From: Escherichia phage vB_EcoS_XY1 | Reading direction: 5' to 3' (one strand) | Length of the DNA stretch: 45,566 nt | Sequence record: NC_073325.1 | Shown here: positions 34,767 to 42,885 of the stretch, in pieces | Position numbering within the stretch: the first letter of the stretch is position 1 | How the letters are laid out: each line of letters starts with the position of its first letter | Program-made: the position numbers and the translations under genes | The notes under the pieces: model-generated | Seen by the model: the letters and a program-made list of their open reading frames with translations, nothing else | Database searches by the model: none | What the model was told of the DNA's origin: nothing

Positions 34767-34970
34767 ATGGCTATTTTAGCTAAGAAAAGTGGTCTTATGA
34801 TTTCTGGCAGCGTTGTCGCTGAAAATGATTTGGTTTACGTATTTCAGGCGGTAGACAACAAACACCCTACGACGGTCAAGAAGGCCAGCAAAGTTGAGAA
34901 GGTTTTCGACGGCGATTTTTCTATTGACGATGTTTTCACGTGGATTAATTCTGCGAGGGTAAGGAAATGA
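34767..34970 (+). CDS. Hypothetical small protein
   Basis: 67-aa ORF. Confidence 0.3.
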   Translation: MAILAKKSGLMISGSVVAENDLVYVFQAVDNKHPTTVKKASKVEKVFDGDFSIDDVFTWINSARVRK

Positions 34971-35239
34971 TTTACCAACTCTACCGCGCCGTCGACAGGC
35001 GGGACAACACAGAGGCACTATGGCTGTTGCGTGCGCCGTCCGGAGCGCACCAGATGGAAGAGATGGCTTACTTAGGCAAAGTACCGCGGCCTAAAGATAT
35101 AGGCCGTCACGTGTCACAGATTAAGCGCACGACATTCGCCAAGCCAGACTTTTATGTCTTTGAGTCGATGTATGGGTGGGCTATGCACTGCGAACATAAG
35201 ACGCGACATTTAATCGACCAGTGGGAGAGCAGGGTATGA
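34967..35239 (+). CDS. Hypothetical protein
   Basis: 90-aa ORF with ATGA overlap to the upstream gene. Confidence 0.3.
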   Translation: MIYQLYRAVDRRDNTEALWLLRAPSGAHQMEEMAYLGKVPRPKDIGRHVSQIKRTTFAKPDFYVFESMYGWAMHCEHKTRHLIDQWESRV

Positions 35240-35515
35240 CAAGGTACGCGATAATTGTAGAAATAGACGGTAAAGACCAGGAACACAGCCGCTACGCACG
35301 TTTGGACGAAGCCCAGTACATCTTCTACACATTCGGCTTCGCACGCAGTTTCACTAATGCGCGTATTGTGGAGATTGCAGAATGACGAACCGTAAAGCGC
35401 GACTTCTCTTTATTAAATGTCACCAGCCTTTTCGAGTAAGCAACTCGACTTGGCTGATTATATTCAACCGTAGCGGTGACACGTGCGCCTACAAGCGCAA
35501 AACGCGTAAAGTTAA

Positions 35516-36778
35516 ATGGGGTGGGAGTTTAAGAGCATGAAACTAAAAGAACGAGGCGGCAATAATGATGTACACGCCTTACTGTCACCGTCAGGCGCTA
35601 AAAAGTGGCTGTCATGCGCTGCGTCGCTGGCGTGTGAAAAAGATATCCCTAACACGTCGGGTAAAGCCGCTGTATCAGGAACCGCCATGCACACCATAGC
35701 TGAGGTCCATCTCAACGCCTATATACGCGGCACTGCGTTGCCGTTGGAGCGTGAAGTCGGCGCTTACGTGCTGGACGAGGGTAAAGGCCAGATTAAGGCG
35801 CTAATTAGCCAGATGAAAGGCGCGGTACTGATTACGGCTGACATGATTGAGCAGGTGCGCAAGTACACCGACTACTGCAAAGCGATTATCGACGTAGCGA
35901 CTTACGCCAAGCTGGAAATGCGGGTAAATCTTACTGAGGTATTGCATCCGGGTTACGAAGGCGTTGAGACGTTCGGAACCGCTGACCTTGTTGCCGTTCA
36001 GGAACTGGCGAACACTGACGAGCATATGCTCATTATCGGCGACCTGAAAACAGGACGGCATCATGTCGAAGCGAAAGAAAACAAGCAGCTTATGCTCTAC
36101 GCTCTCGGTGTTTACCGCCGACTCAAGAGACGTTATAACATATCAGTAGTGCGCCTGGTCATCTTCCAGCCGTACGCCGGGGGCGCGTCGGAGTGGGACA
36201 TCTCGGTTGAAGGTCTGGAACTGTTCGCTAAGTTCGCACAGAAACGCGCACTGTTAGCCCTTGATGCGTATTTCCGAGGCAAGAAGAACCTGAAAGCGTC
36301 GGACTTTAAGCCGTCTGTCGACGGTTGTCAGTGGTGTCGGTTCTCTGAACAGTGCGCAGCGCGTACAAAGACGGTTAATTCTGTACTTGCCGAAGAACTG
36401 GAGGACGACTTTGCGCTGGAACTTACGCCGGAGCAACTCGTAGCTGAATATGAGAAGTTGCCGTTGTTGCGCCAGCACATCGATAAGGTCGAAAAAGCTA
36501 TGGCTGCTGCGTTGCATTCCGGTAAGAAAGTGCCAGGGTACAAGCTGGTGGAAGGTCGCCCAGGTAATCGTGCGTGGAAAGACGCAGAGAAAGTGGCAGA
36601 ACTCTACGGCGACAAGCTGGCTAAAGAAGTGCTCCTGACGCCGACCGAAGCGGTTAAAGTAATACCAGAAGAAGAACTGAAAGACTTCATCACACGTAAG
36701 CCGGGGGCGCCATGCGTCACAACGGCGGACGACAAACGTCCTGAGTGGAATAAGGTTAGTGAAGAAGATTTAGAATAA
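35516..36778 (+). CDS. PD-(D/E)XK exonuclease, Cas4/RecB-like with C-terminal Cys cluster
   Basis: GDLKTGRHH...KENKQLMLYALGV nuclease core; CQWCRFSEQC C-terminal cysteines; start may be the Met at 35537. Confidence 0.55.
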   Translation: MGWEFKSMKLKERGGNNDVHALLSPSGAKKWLSCAASLACEKDIPNTSGKAAVSGTAMHTIAEVHLNAYIRGTALPLEREVGAYVLDEGKGQIKALISQMKGAVLITADMIEQVRKYTDYCKAIIDVATYAKLEMRVNLTEVLHPGYEGVETFGTADLVAVQELANTDEHMLIIGDLKTGRHHVEAKENKQLMLYALGVYRRLKRRYNISVVRLVIFQPYAGGASEWDISVEGLELFAKFAQKRALLALDAYFRGKKNLKASDFKPSVDGCQWCRFSEQCAARTKTVNSVLAEELEDDFALELTPEQLVAEYEKLPLLRQHIDKVEKAMAAALHSGKKVPGYKLVEGRPGNRAWKDAEKVAELYGDKLAKEVLLTPTEAVKVIPEEELKDFITRKPGAPCVTTADDKRPEWNKVSEEDLE

Positions 36779-36782
36779 AGTG

Positions 36783-36811
36783 TTGACATCTGAATAGTTA
36801 GCTATTATAGT
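36783..36811 (+). promoter_or_regulatory. Sigma70 promoter with operator palindrome upstream of the SSB/polymerase operon
   Basis: TTGACA-N17-TATAGT with AATAG-TTAG-CTATT in the spacer; nearly identical to 33687-33715. Confidence 0.6.
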
Positions 36812-36865
36812 TCTAATCACTGGCCGGGCAGCTTCCCGGAGTAATCTTAAAAGCGAGAAATCAAG

Positions 36866-37492
36866 ATGGGCATTAAACTGAATCTGCGTAAAGTAAACAC
36901 TGCATGGGTTAACGTATTCGAACGCGAAAAAGACCGTGAAAACGACGACGGCTCAATCACTAAAGGCCAGTACAGCGCAACTATCATCCTGCCGACTGAC
37001 CATGCTCAAATCGATGCGCTGTACGACACTGTTTACGCTGTAGTTGAAGAAGCATTAGGTGCAGCTGCTGCCGAGAAGTGGATGAAGTCAAACTACGGCG
37101 AAGGCAAGCATATGGATAAATGCGCTATTAAAGACATTGCTGAGCGCGACAATCCGTTTGAAGACTTCCCGGAAGGCTTCTACTTCAAAGCGAAAGCACA
37201 GAAACAGCCGCTGATTGTAACCTCTAAAAAAGGTGAGACTCAGGTGGAGCAGGACTTCAACGTAGACGGTGAACAGATTGAAGGTGAACAGGTTTACAGC
37301 GGCTGCGTCGCTAACGTAAGCGTCGAAATCTGGTTCAGCCAGAAATATAAAGTACTCGGCGTTAACCTGCTGGCGATTAAATACGTCGGAGAAGGTAAAG
37401 CGTTTGGAGGCTCTAAAGTTGCTGCAAGCGTCGACGACCTGGAAGACGACGAAGAAGATGAAGCACCGCGCCGCGAACGTCGCCGCCGTTAA
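36866..37492 (+). CDS. Single-stranded DNA-binding protein (T7 gp2.5-like)
   Basis: 208 aa with an acidic C-terminal tail DDLEDDEEDE; sits between nuclease and polymerase genes. Confidence 0.5.
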   Translation: MGIKLNLRKVNTAWVNVFEREKDRENDDGSITKGQYSATIILPTDHAQIDALYDTVYAVVEEALGAAAAEKWMKSNYGEGKHMDKCAIKDIAERDNPFEDFPEGFYFKAKAQKQPLIVTSKKGETQVEQDFNVDGEQIEGEQVYSGCVANVSVEIWFSQKYKVLGVNLLAIKYVGEGKAFGGSKVAASVDDLEDDEEDEAPRRERRRR

Positions 37493-37551
37493 TATCTGAA
37501 TCAATTTAACTAAGGCCCTTCATTGGGCCTTTTTACTAAGGGTCGAAAATA

Positions 37552-39723
37552 ATGAGTTACCTGTTCTTAGACTTTGAAACATTCTCCGAAGCCGATTTGA
37601 AGAAAGTCGGTTCCTACGCTTACGCCGAACATCCAACTACCGAAGTGCTAATCTGTACATATGCTTTTAACGACCAGCCTGTACAGGTATGGGATTGCAC
37701 CGACGGCAGCGATATGCCGGGCGATTTGTATCGCGCGTTACGCCGCCTGGTTAAGCCGAACAGCCGCGTTAAGATGGTGTGGCACAACGGCTCAATGTTC
37801 GATAGGCTCGTCATGAAACACTGCTGGGGTTTTGACATTCCGGTAAGCAACACCATTGATACGATGATTTGGGCGTTTCGTCACGCGCTGCCGGGTTCGC
37901 TCGATGCGCTGTGCGAAGTGCTGGGCGTGTCCGCCGACAACGCGAAAGACAAACGCGGCAAGGCGCTGATTCAGCGTTTCTCTAAACCGACGCCGAAGAA
38001 CTACAAAATCCGCCGCTACACCGCTGAAACACATCCCGATGAGTGGGCGCTGTTCATCAAGTATGCCGTTAGCGACATTACTGCGATGCGTGAAGTCTTC
38101 CATAAGCTGCCGCGATGGGGTAACTCGGAGTTCGAAGACCGTGTACTGGAACTTGACCAGTTAATCAACGACCGCGGATTTAAGGTTGACGTCGCACTGG
38201 CGGAAGCCGCGATTGAAGCCGTAGAGAAGCACAAGGCACAGTTACAGGAAGAAGCTCAACGTAAATACGGCGGCTCGCTTACCGGTAAAGACTTCCTTCC
38301 GATTCTGCGTGAACTTGCGCCCGCGCACCACATACACAATGCACAGAAGTCGACGCTTAACGACCTGTTGGCAGATGATGATTTACCGGACGACGCCCGG
38401 ATGATTATCGAAATGCGCCTCGGGGCCGCGTCAACAGCGTCCACGAAATATAACCCGCTGCTGTTAGGCCGCTCGTCGGACGACCGACGCCGCGGTTGTA
38501 TCCAGTACGGTGGGGCAAAGCGTACTCTGCGATGGGCCGGTAAAGGCTTCCAGCCGCAGAACCTGGCACGCGGTTACTATCACGATGATGAGCTGGATAA
38601 AGGCATTTCGGCGTTACTTAAGGGTCGCGCCCATCGCCGTTTCGATGTGGCCAAGCTAACGGCATCGACCGTTCGTAGCTGCATCATACCGGAAGCAGGG
38701 CATAAGTTTGTCGTTGCCGATTACTCTAACGTCGAAGGCCGCGGTCTTGCGTGGCTGGCGGGTGAAGACGATTTAATCGAAGTATTTGTAAACGGGGTTG
38801 ATGTGTATAAGAAACTCGCATCAACGGTGTTCAATGTTGCATATGAAGCCGTAACAAAGGACCAAAGACAAATAGCCAAAGCAATGGTTCTGGGACTCGG
38901 CTACGCGGGGGGCGTCGGTGCTTTCGTCACGTTTGCTAAAAACTTAGGTCTTGATTTGAATGACATGACTAACACTTTAGACGGTACATTCCCGGACCAT
39001 ATTTGGGCCGCTACCGCACGCGGATACGAATGGGCGCGTATTCAGGAAGCCAAGCGACCACCACGTCCTGGTGAAAAAGATGACCGACCCTCATATATCC
39101 TTGATAAGAAAGTTTGGCGCACCTGTGACGCTTTAAAGCGCATGTACCGGGAAGCTAATCCTGCAATAGTCCAATTCTGGCGCGATATTGAAGACGCAGC
39201 TATGGCAGCAATCCGTAATCCGGGGAAAGAGTTCACCGCTGGCCCTCGCGGGGTTAAGTTTTCTCGCAACGTAGAAACAGACAACAACGGCAACAAAGTC
39301 GCCGGTTGGTGGTTGTGCATGACGTTGCCGTCGGGTCGCGTTATGTCATACCCTGGCGTCGGGTTAAGTGTATCGAAAGAGACAGATGAAGACGGAAAGG
39401 TGTCTACTAACGTGCGCATCAAGTACCAGGGGGAGAACCAGTTAACCAGGCAGTGGGGATTCCAGTACACATATTCCGGTAAACTCGTGGAAAACTGCAC
39501 TCAGGCGCTGTGCCGTGATTTGCTGGCTAATGCACTGCTGAACGTAGAGGCAAACGGCTACCCAATTGTACTTCATGTTCACGATGAGATTATCTGCGAA
39601 ACTCCAGATTTACCGGAATACAATGTCGCAGAGCTTGAGCGATTGATGTGCGAATTACCAGAATGGGCAGAGGGGTTCCCTCTTGTAGCAGAAGGTCAGG
39701 AGTTAAAACGTTATGCTAAGTAA
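37552..39723 (+). CDS. DNA polymerase, family A, with 3'-5' exonuclease domain
   Basis: Exo I LFLDFETFS near the N-terminus; polymerase motif C VLHVHDEIICE near the C-terminus; 723 aa. Confidence 0.8.
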   Translation: MSYLFLDFETFSEADLKKVGSYAYAEHPTTEVLICTYAFNDQPVQVWDCTDGSDMPGDLYRALRRLVKPNSRVKMVWHNGSMFDRLVMKHCWGFDIPVSNTIDTMIWAFRHALPGSLDALCEVLGVSADNAKDKRGKALIQRFSKPTPKNYKIRRYTAETHPDEWALFIKYAVSDITAMREVFHKLPRWGNSEFEDRVLELDQLINDRGFKVDVALAEAAIEAVEKHKAQLQEEAQRKYGGSLTGKDFLPILRELAPAHHIHNAQKSTLNDLLADDDLPDDARMIIEMRLGAASTASTKYNPLLLGRSSDDRRRGCIQYGGAKRTLRWAGKGFQPQNLARGYYHDDELDKGISALLKGRAHRRFDVAKLTASTVRSCIIPEAGHKFVVADYSNVEGRGLAWLAGEDDLIEVFVNGVDVYKKLASTVFNVAYEAVTKDQRQIAKAMVLGLGYAGGVGAFVTFAKNLGLDLNDMTNTLDGTFPDHIWAATARGYEWARIQEAKRPPRPGEKDDRPSYILDKKVWRTCDALKRMYREANPAIVQFWRDIEDAAMAAIRNPGKEFTAGPRGVKFSRNVETDNNGNKVAGWWLCMTLPSGRVMSYPGVGLSVSKETDEDGKVSTNVRIKYQGENQLTRQWGFQYTYSGKLVENCTQALCRDLLANALLNVEANGYPIVLHVHDEIICETPDLPEYNVAELERLMCELPEWAEGFPLVAEGQELKRYAK

Positions 39724-39844
39724 ACTGATTATCGCGGTACTGGCGGGATTCGCCGCCGGTGTCTACTGTCACGAGGGTCAATACGGCATGATGGTTGCCA
39801 TATTGGGCATGTTCATCGCAATTTATCTGTGGGTGCTGGAATGA
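39713..39844 (+). CDS. Tiny hydrophobic peptide (unannotated in the ORF track)
   Basis: 43-aa ORF MLSKLIIAVLAGFAAGVY...IAIYLWVLE overlapping the polymerase stop; coordinates approximate. Confidence 0.25.
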   Translation: MLSKLIIAVLAGFAAGVYCHEGQYGMMVAILGMFIAIYLWVLE

Positions 39845-39926
39845 AAATTTACTGGTTTTATGAAGAAGACTGCCGAATCTGTCCGCGCTGTGGAATTGAG
39901 CATACGAAACGCGAGGGGTGCATATT

Positions 39927-40079
39927 ATGACAATGTTTGTATTTTGGACGATAGTAACCATGATCGCACTGTTACTCGGTGCGGGAATAGCCGCGATGTT
40001 CTGCTATGGCCTGTTCTTTAAGTTTGCGGGCGTTGCCGTTCTCGGCGGGGCTTTCCTTACTTGGGTCCTGCGCTCATGA
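39927..40079 (+). CDS. Tiny hydrophobic peptide (unannotated in the ORF track)
   Basis: 50-aa ORF MTMFVFWTIVTMIALLLGAGIAAMFCYGLFF...; ATGA overlaps on both sides; coordinates approximate. Confidence 0.25.
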   Translation: MTMFVFWTIVTMIALLLGAGIAAMFCYGLFFKFAGVAVLGGAFLTWVLRS

Positions 40080-40378
40080 CCCCGGAAGGCAAGATTCAGA
40101 AATACGCAAAAGAGCGATTCGAGGCCATCGGTGGCCTCGTTCGTAAGCTGTCTTATGAGGGTAGAAACGGAGCGCCTGACCTGCTGGTAGTCCTACCGGG
40201 AGGGGTGATATGGTTCGTCGAGGTGAAGAAAGACGAAAACACGGAACCGGAGGCCCATCAGTTGCGGGAACACAAACGGCTTCGTAAACGTGACGCAAAT
40301 GTTTTTGTAGTAGGAACAAAAGAAGAGGTTGACGACCTAATAGCGAACTATTATAGTAGTCATACACCAACAATATAA
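40076..40378 (+). CDS. VRR-NUC domain nuclease
   Basis: NGAPDLLVVLPGGVIWFVEVKKDEN motif; start trimmed to the ATG at 40076. Confidence 0.55.
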   Translation: MTPEGKIQKYAKERFEAIGGLVRKLSYEGRNGAPDLLVVLPGGVIWFVEVKKDENTEPEAHQLREHKRLRKRDANVFVVGTKEEVDDLIANYYSSHTPTI

Positions 40379-40389
40379 GGAATTGAGAA

Positions 40390-40593
40390 ATGAGAAAGTT
40401 AGACCCGCACATCGTTAAGTACATGTACGAAAAATATGATGGCGACATTGTAACCGCATTGGAGGGATTAGTTGGCGCTGAATCTGTTTTAGATGATCTT
40501 GAATTTGACCGACTGTGCATATGTATAGACGAGGCAAAACGTAACGCACTGAATTATGTACTAGAAAACTACTGCACAGAGGAAGACGAATAA
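40390..40593 (+). CDS. Hypothetical small protein
   Basis: 67-aa ORF between the nuclease and helicase genes. Confidence 0.3.
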   Translation: MRKLDPHIVKYMYEKYDGDIVTALEGLVGAESVLDDLEFDRLCICIDEAKRNALNYVLENYCTEEDE

Positions 40594-40787
40594 TGAATAA
40601 ACACGAATACGACCGCAAACCAGCACGTGACATCGTACCGGGCGACATGATTTTCAACGTTAAGACCCGTCGGCCTGTTGCCGTGGATACGGTGTTCGTC
40701 GAGTCGAACGGTAAACTGGTTATCGAAGACGTAACTGGCAACGTTACCGCGTTCGGGCGTAAAGAGCTTGTTCTGGTGGCAAAATGA
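40593..40787 (+). CDS. Hypothetical small protein
   Basis: 64-aa ORF with overlapping stop/start. Confidence 0.3.
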   Translation: MNKHEYDRKPARDIVPGDMIFNVKTRRPVAVDTVFVESNGKLVIEDVTGNVTAFGRKELVLVAK

Positions 40788-42208
40788 GTAAGTTTCAAAG
40801 GCGCGAATATCAGAAGCTCATGACTTCGTTCATGCTACAGCATCCGCGCTGTAATATCTGGTGCGGCATGGGAGGGGGCAAAACCTCCTCAACTATGTGG
40901 GTGCTTAATCGCCTGTTTCGCAACGGGCAGCTTACAGAAGAGGACCGCGTGTTAATCCTCGCCCCGTTGCGTGTTGCGTCGGGTACGTGGCCTGCAGAAC
41001 AAGAGAAATGGAACTTCCCTTGTCTGCGTGTCGTCGATGCGACCGGTTCGGAGAAGCGCCGCATCGCGGCGCTGGAGTCAGACGCTAACGTGGTGTGCAC
41101 TAACTACGAAGTTATCGAGTGGCTAATTGACTACTACGGCAAAGACGACTGGCCTTTTACGGTTATCGTTGCCGATGAAAGCACGAAGCTTAAATCGTTC
41201 CGCCGCCGTTCGGGTGGTAGCAAGCGGGCAAAGGCGCTCAGCAAGGTTGCGTTCGGAAAGGTTAAGCGTTTCATCAACCTTACTGGTACACCGTCGCCAA
41301 ACGGCCTCAAGGACTTGTGGGGCCAGAACTGGTTTATCGACGCTGGCGAGCGCCTGGGGTCATCGTACACGGCATTCACCGACCGCTGGTTTAACTCGGT
41401 ACAGAAGGGTAAATCGGCGATGGCACGCGAGTACCACGCGCGACCAGGTGCCGATAATGAGATTCATCAGAAGATGAAAGACATCAGCCTTACCATCGAC
41501 CCCGCAGAGTGGTTTGGATGTGAAGCGCCGATTATTGTACCGGTTGAAATAGACCTACCGAAGAAGGCGCGTCAGGCGTACATCGATATGGAGGAGAAAT
41601 TATTCGCAGAACTGGAGAGCGGGGAAGTTGAAGCGGCTAACGCTGCGGCGAAGACCTCAAAGTGCTTGCAGATTGCATCTGGTGCCGTGTATGTGTCAGG
41701 GCCGGATGGCGAAGCGACCAAAGACTGGGAGAAAGTGCACGACACGAAACTGGATGCGCTCGAGTCGATTGTTGAGGAGTTGCAGGGTGCGCCGTTGCTG
41801 GTAGCCTATCAGTTTAAACACGAACTGGAGCGTATCCTTAAGCGATTCCCACAGGCACAGGCGTTCGCCAAAGGCGCTAGGGGGAACAAGCAGATGGAAG
41901 CGTGGAACCGTGGGGAAATCGAGATTTTATGCGTGCATCCTGCGTCAGCCGGGCATGGTTTGAATTTACAGGACGGGGGTCATCATCTGGCGTTCATCTC
42001 GCAAGGCTGGAACCTTGAGCACTATTTGCAGGTTGTTGAGCGCATAGGCCCAGTCCGCCAGAAACAGGCGGGTCACGAGCGCCCGGTGTTCCTTTATCAC
42101 ATCGTTGCTAAAGACACTCTGGACGGGGTTGTCGCCGCGCGTACCGACGAGAAGAAATCGGTACAGGAAGAGTTGCTTAATTACATGAAGAGACGAGGTA
42201 AGAAATGA
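40784..42208 (+). CDS. Superfamily-2 helicase (SNF2/DEAD-like)
   Basis: Walker A GMGGGKT; DExx box VIVADEST; 474 aa; adjacent to the VRR-NUC gene. Confidence 0.75.
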   Translation: MSKFQRREYQKLMTSFMLQHPRCNIWCGMGGGKTSSTMWVLNRLFRNGQLTEEDRVLILAPLRVASGTWPAEQEKWNFPCLRVVDATGSEKRRIAALESDANVVCTNYEVIEWLIDYYGKDDWPFTVIVADESTKLKSFRRRSGGSKRAKALSKVAFGKVKRFINLTGTPSPNGLKDLWGQNWFIDAGERLGSSYTAFTDRWFNSVQKGKSAMAREYHARPGADNEIHQKMKDISLTIDPAEWFGCEAPIIVPVEIDLPKKARQAYIDMEEKLFAELESGEVEAANAAAKTSKCLQIASGAVYVSGPDGEATKDWEKVHDTKLDALESIVEELQGAPLLVAYQFKHELERILKRFPQAQAFAKGARGNKQMEAWNRGEIEILCVHPASAGHGLNLQDGGHHLAFISQGWNLEHYLQVVERIGPVRQKQAGHERPVFLYHIVAKDTLDGVVAARTDEKKSVQEELLNYMKRRGKK

Positions 42209-42720
42209 TGGATTTCGAAGAGTTTCTACTTAAAGCTCATCTGCTGGCGCGTGGGTTTGACGCTGACCGTCTCCAGGTAGTCTTAGCCCCTGGAGTAGCT
42301 ACGTTTTACCTGTGGGGGTTTGACGGTAGGCTTCGCGGATACCAGCATTACAAACCACATGCCGAAAAGAACTGTAAAAACCCTAAAGACGCGCGGTACT
42401 TTACCAGAACAACAAGGCCGTGTTTATGGGGGCTTGAGTATTTGCCGGAAAGCGGGGTGGTATTTGTTACCGAAAGCATATTCAAAGCCGTAGCCTTGAT
42501 GAATTGCGGGTTCAATGCTGTAAGCGCACTGGGGTCAAATATATCAACAGACCTACGGCAGCAAATGTCACTTTTGCCGTATGACTGGGTGTGCGCTGGC
42601 GACAATGATAAAGCTGGATTAAAGTTCAGCAAAACATTCACCAGAGGATTTGTATCTAACGACCTTGATGAACTTTGTGAAGAAGAAATAACGTATCTTG
42701 CGAGGAAATTTACCAGATGA
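42205..42720 (+). CDS. TOPRIM-domain protein (DnaG-type primase catalytic core-like)
   Basis: VFVTESIFKA (Glu) and VCAGDNDKAG (DxD) motifs. Confidence 0.45.
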   Translation: MMDFEEFLLKAHLLARGFDADRLQVVLAPGVATFYLWGFDGRLRGYQHYKPHAEKNCKNPKDARYFTRTTRPCLWGLEYLPESGVVFVTESIFKAVALMNCGFNAVSALGSNISTDLRQQMSLLPYDWVCAGDNDKAGLKFSKTFTRGFVSNDLDELCEEEITYLARKFTR

Positions 42721-42854
42721 ACATCATAGCTCCGATTCCAGCATTGCAAAAACGTATCAAGGAACTCGAAGATGAGGTTCTGCGACTACGGCAACAGAGA
42801 GACGCCGCTAATGCGCAACTGGCGTTTGTACTGGAGAAGTTATCGGAAGAGTAG
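42717..42854 (+). CDS. Small coiled-coil peptide (unannotated in the ORF track)
   Basis: 45-aa ORF MNIIAPIPALQKRIKELEDEVLRLRQQRD... with ATGA overlap to the upstream gene. Confidence 0.25.
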   Translation: MNIIAPIPALQKRIKELEDEVLRLRQQRDAANAQLAFVLEKLSEE

Positions 42855-42856
42855 AG

Positions 42857-42885
42857 AAAAGGCCCCGAAAGGGGCCTTAGTTTTA
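42857..42885. terminator. Bidirectional rho-independent terminator (identical copy at 12420-12448)
   Basis: AAAAGGCCCCGAAAGGGGCCTTAGTTTTA between convergent gene ends. Confidence 0.7.
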
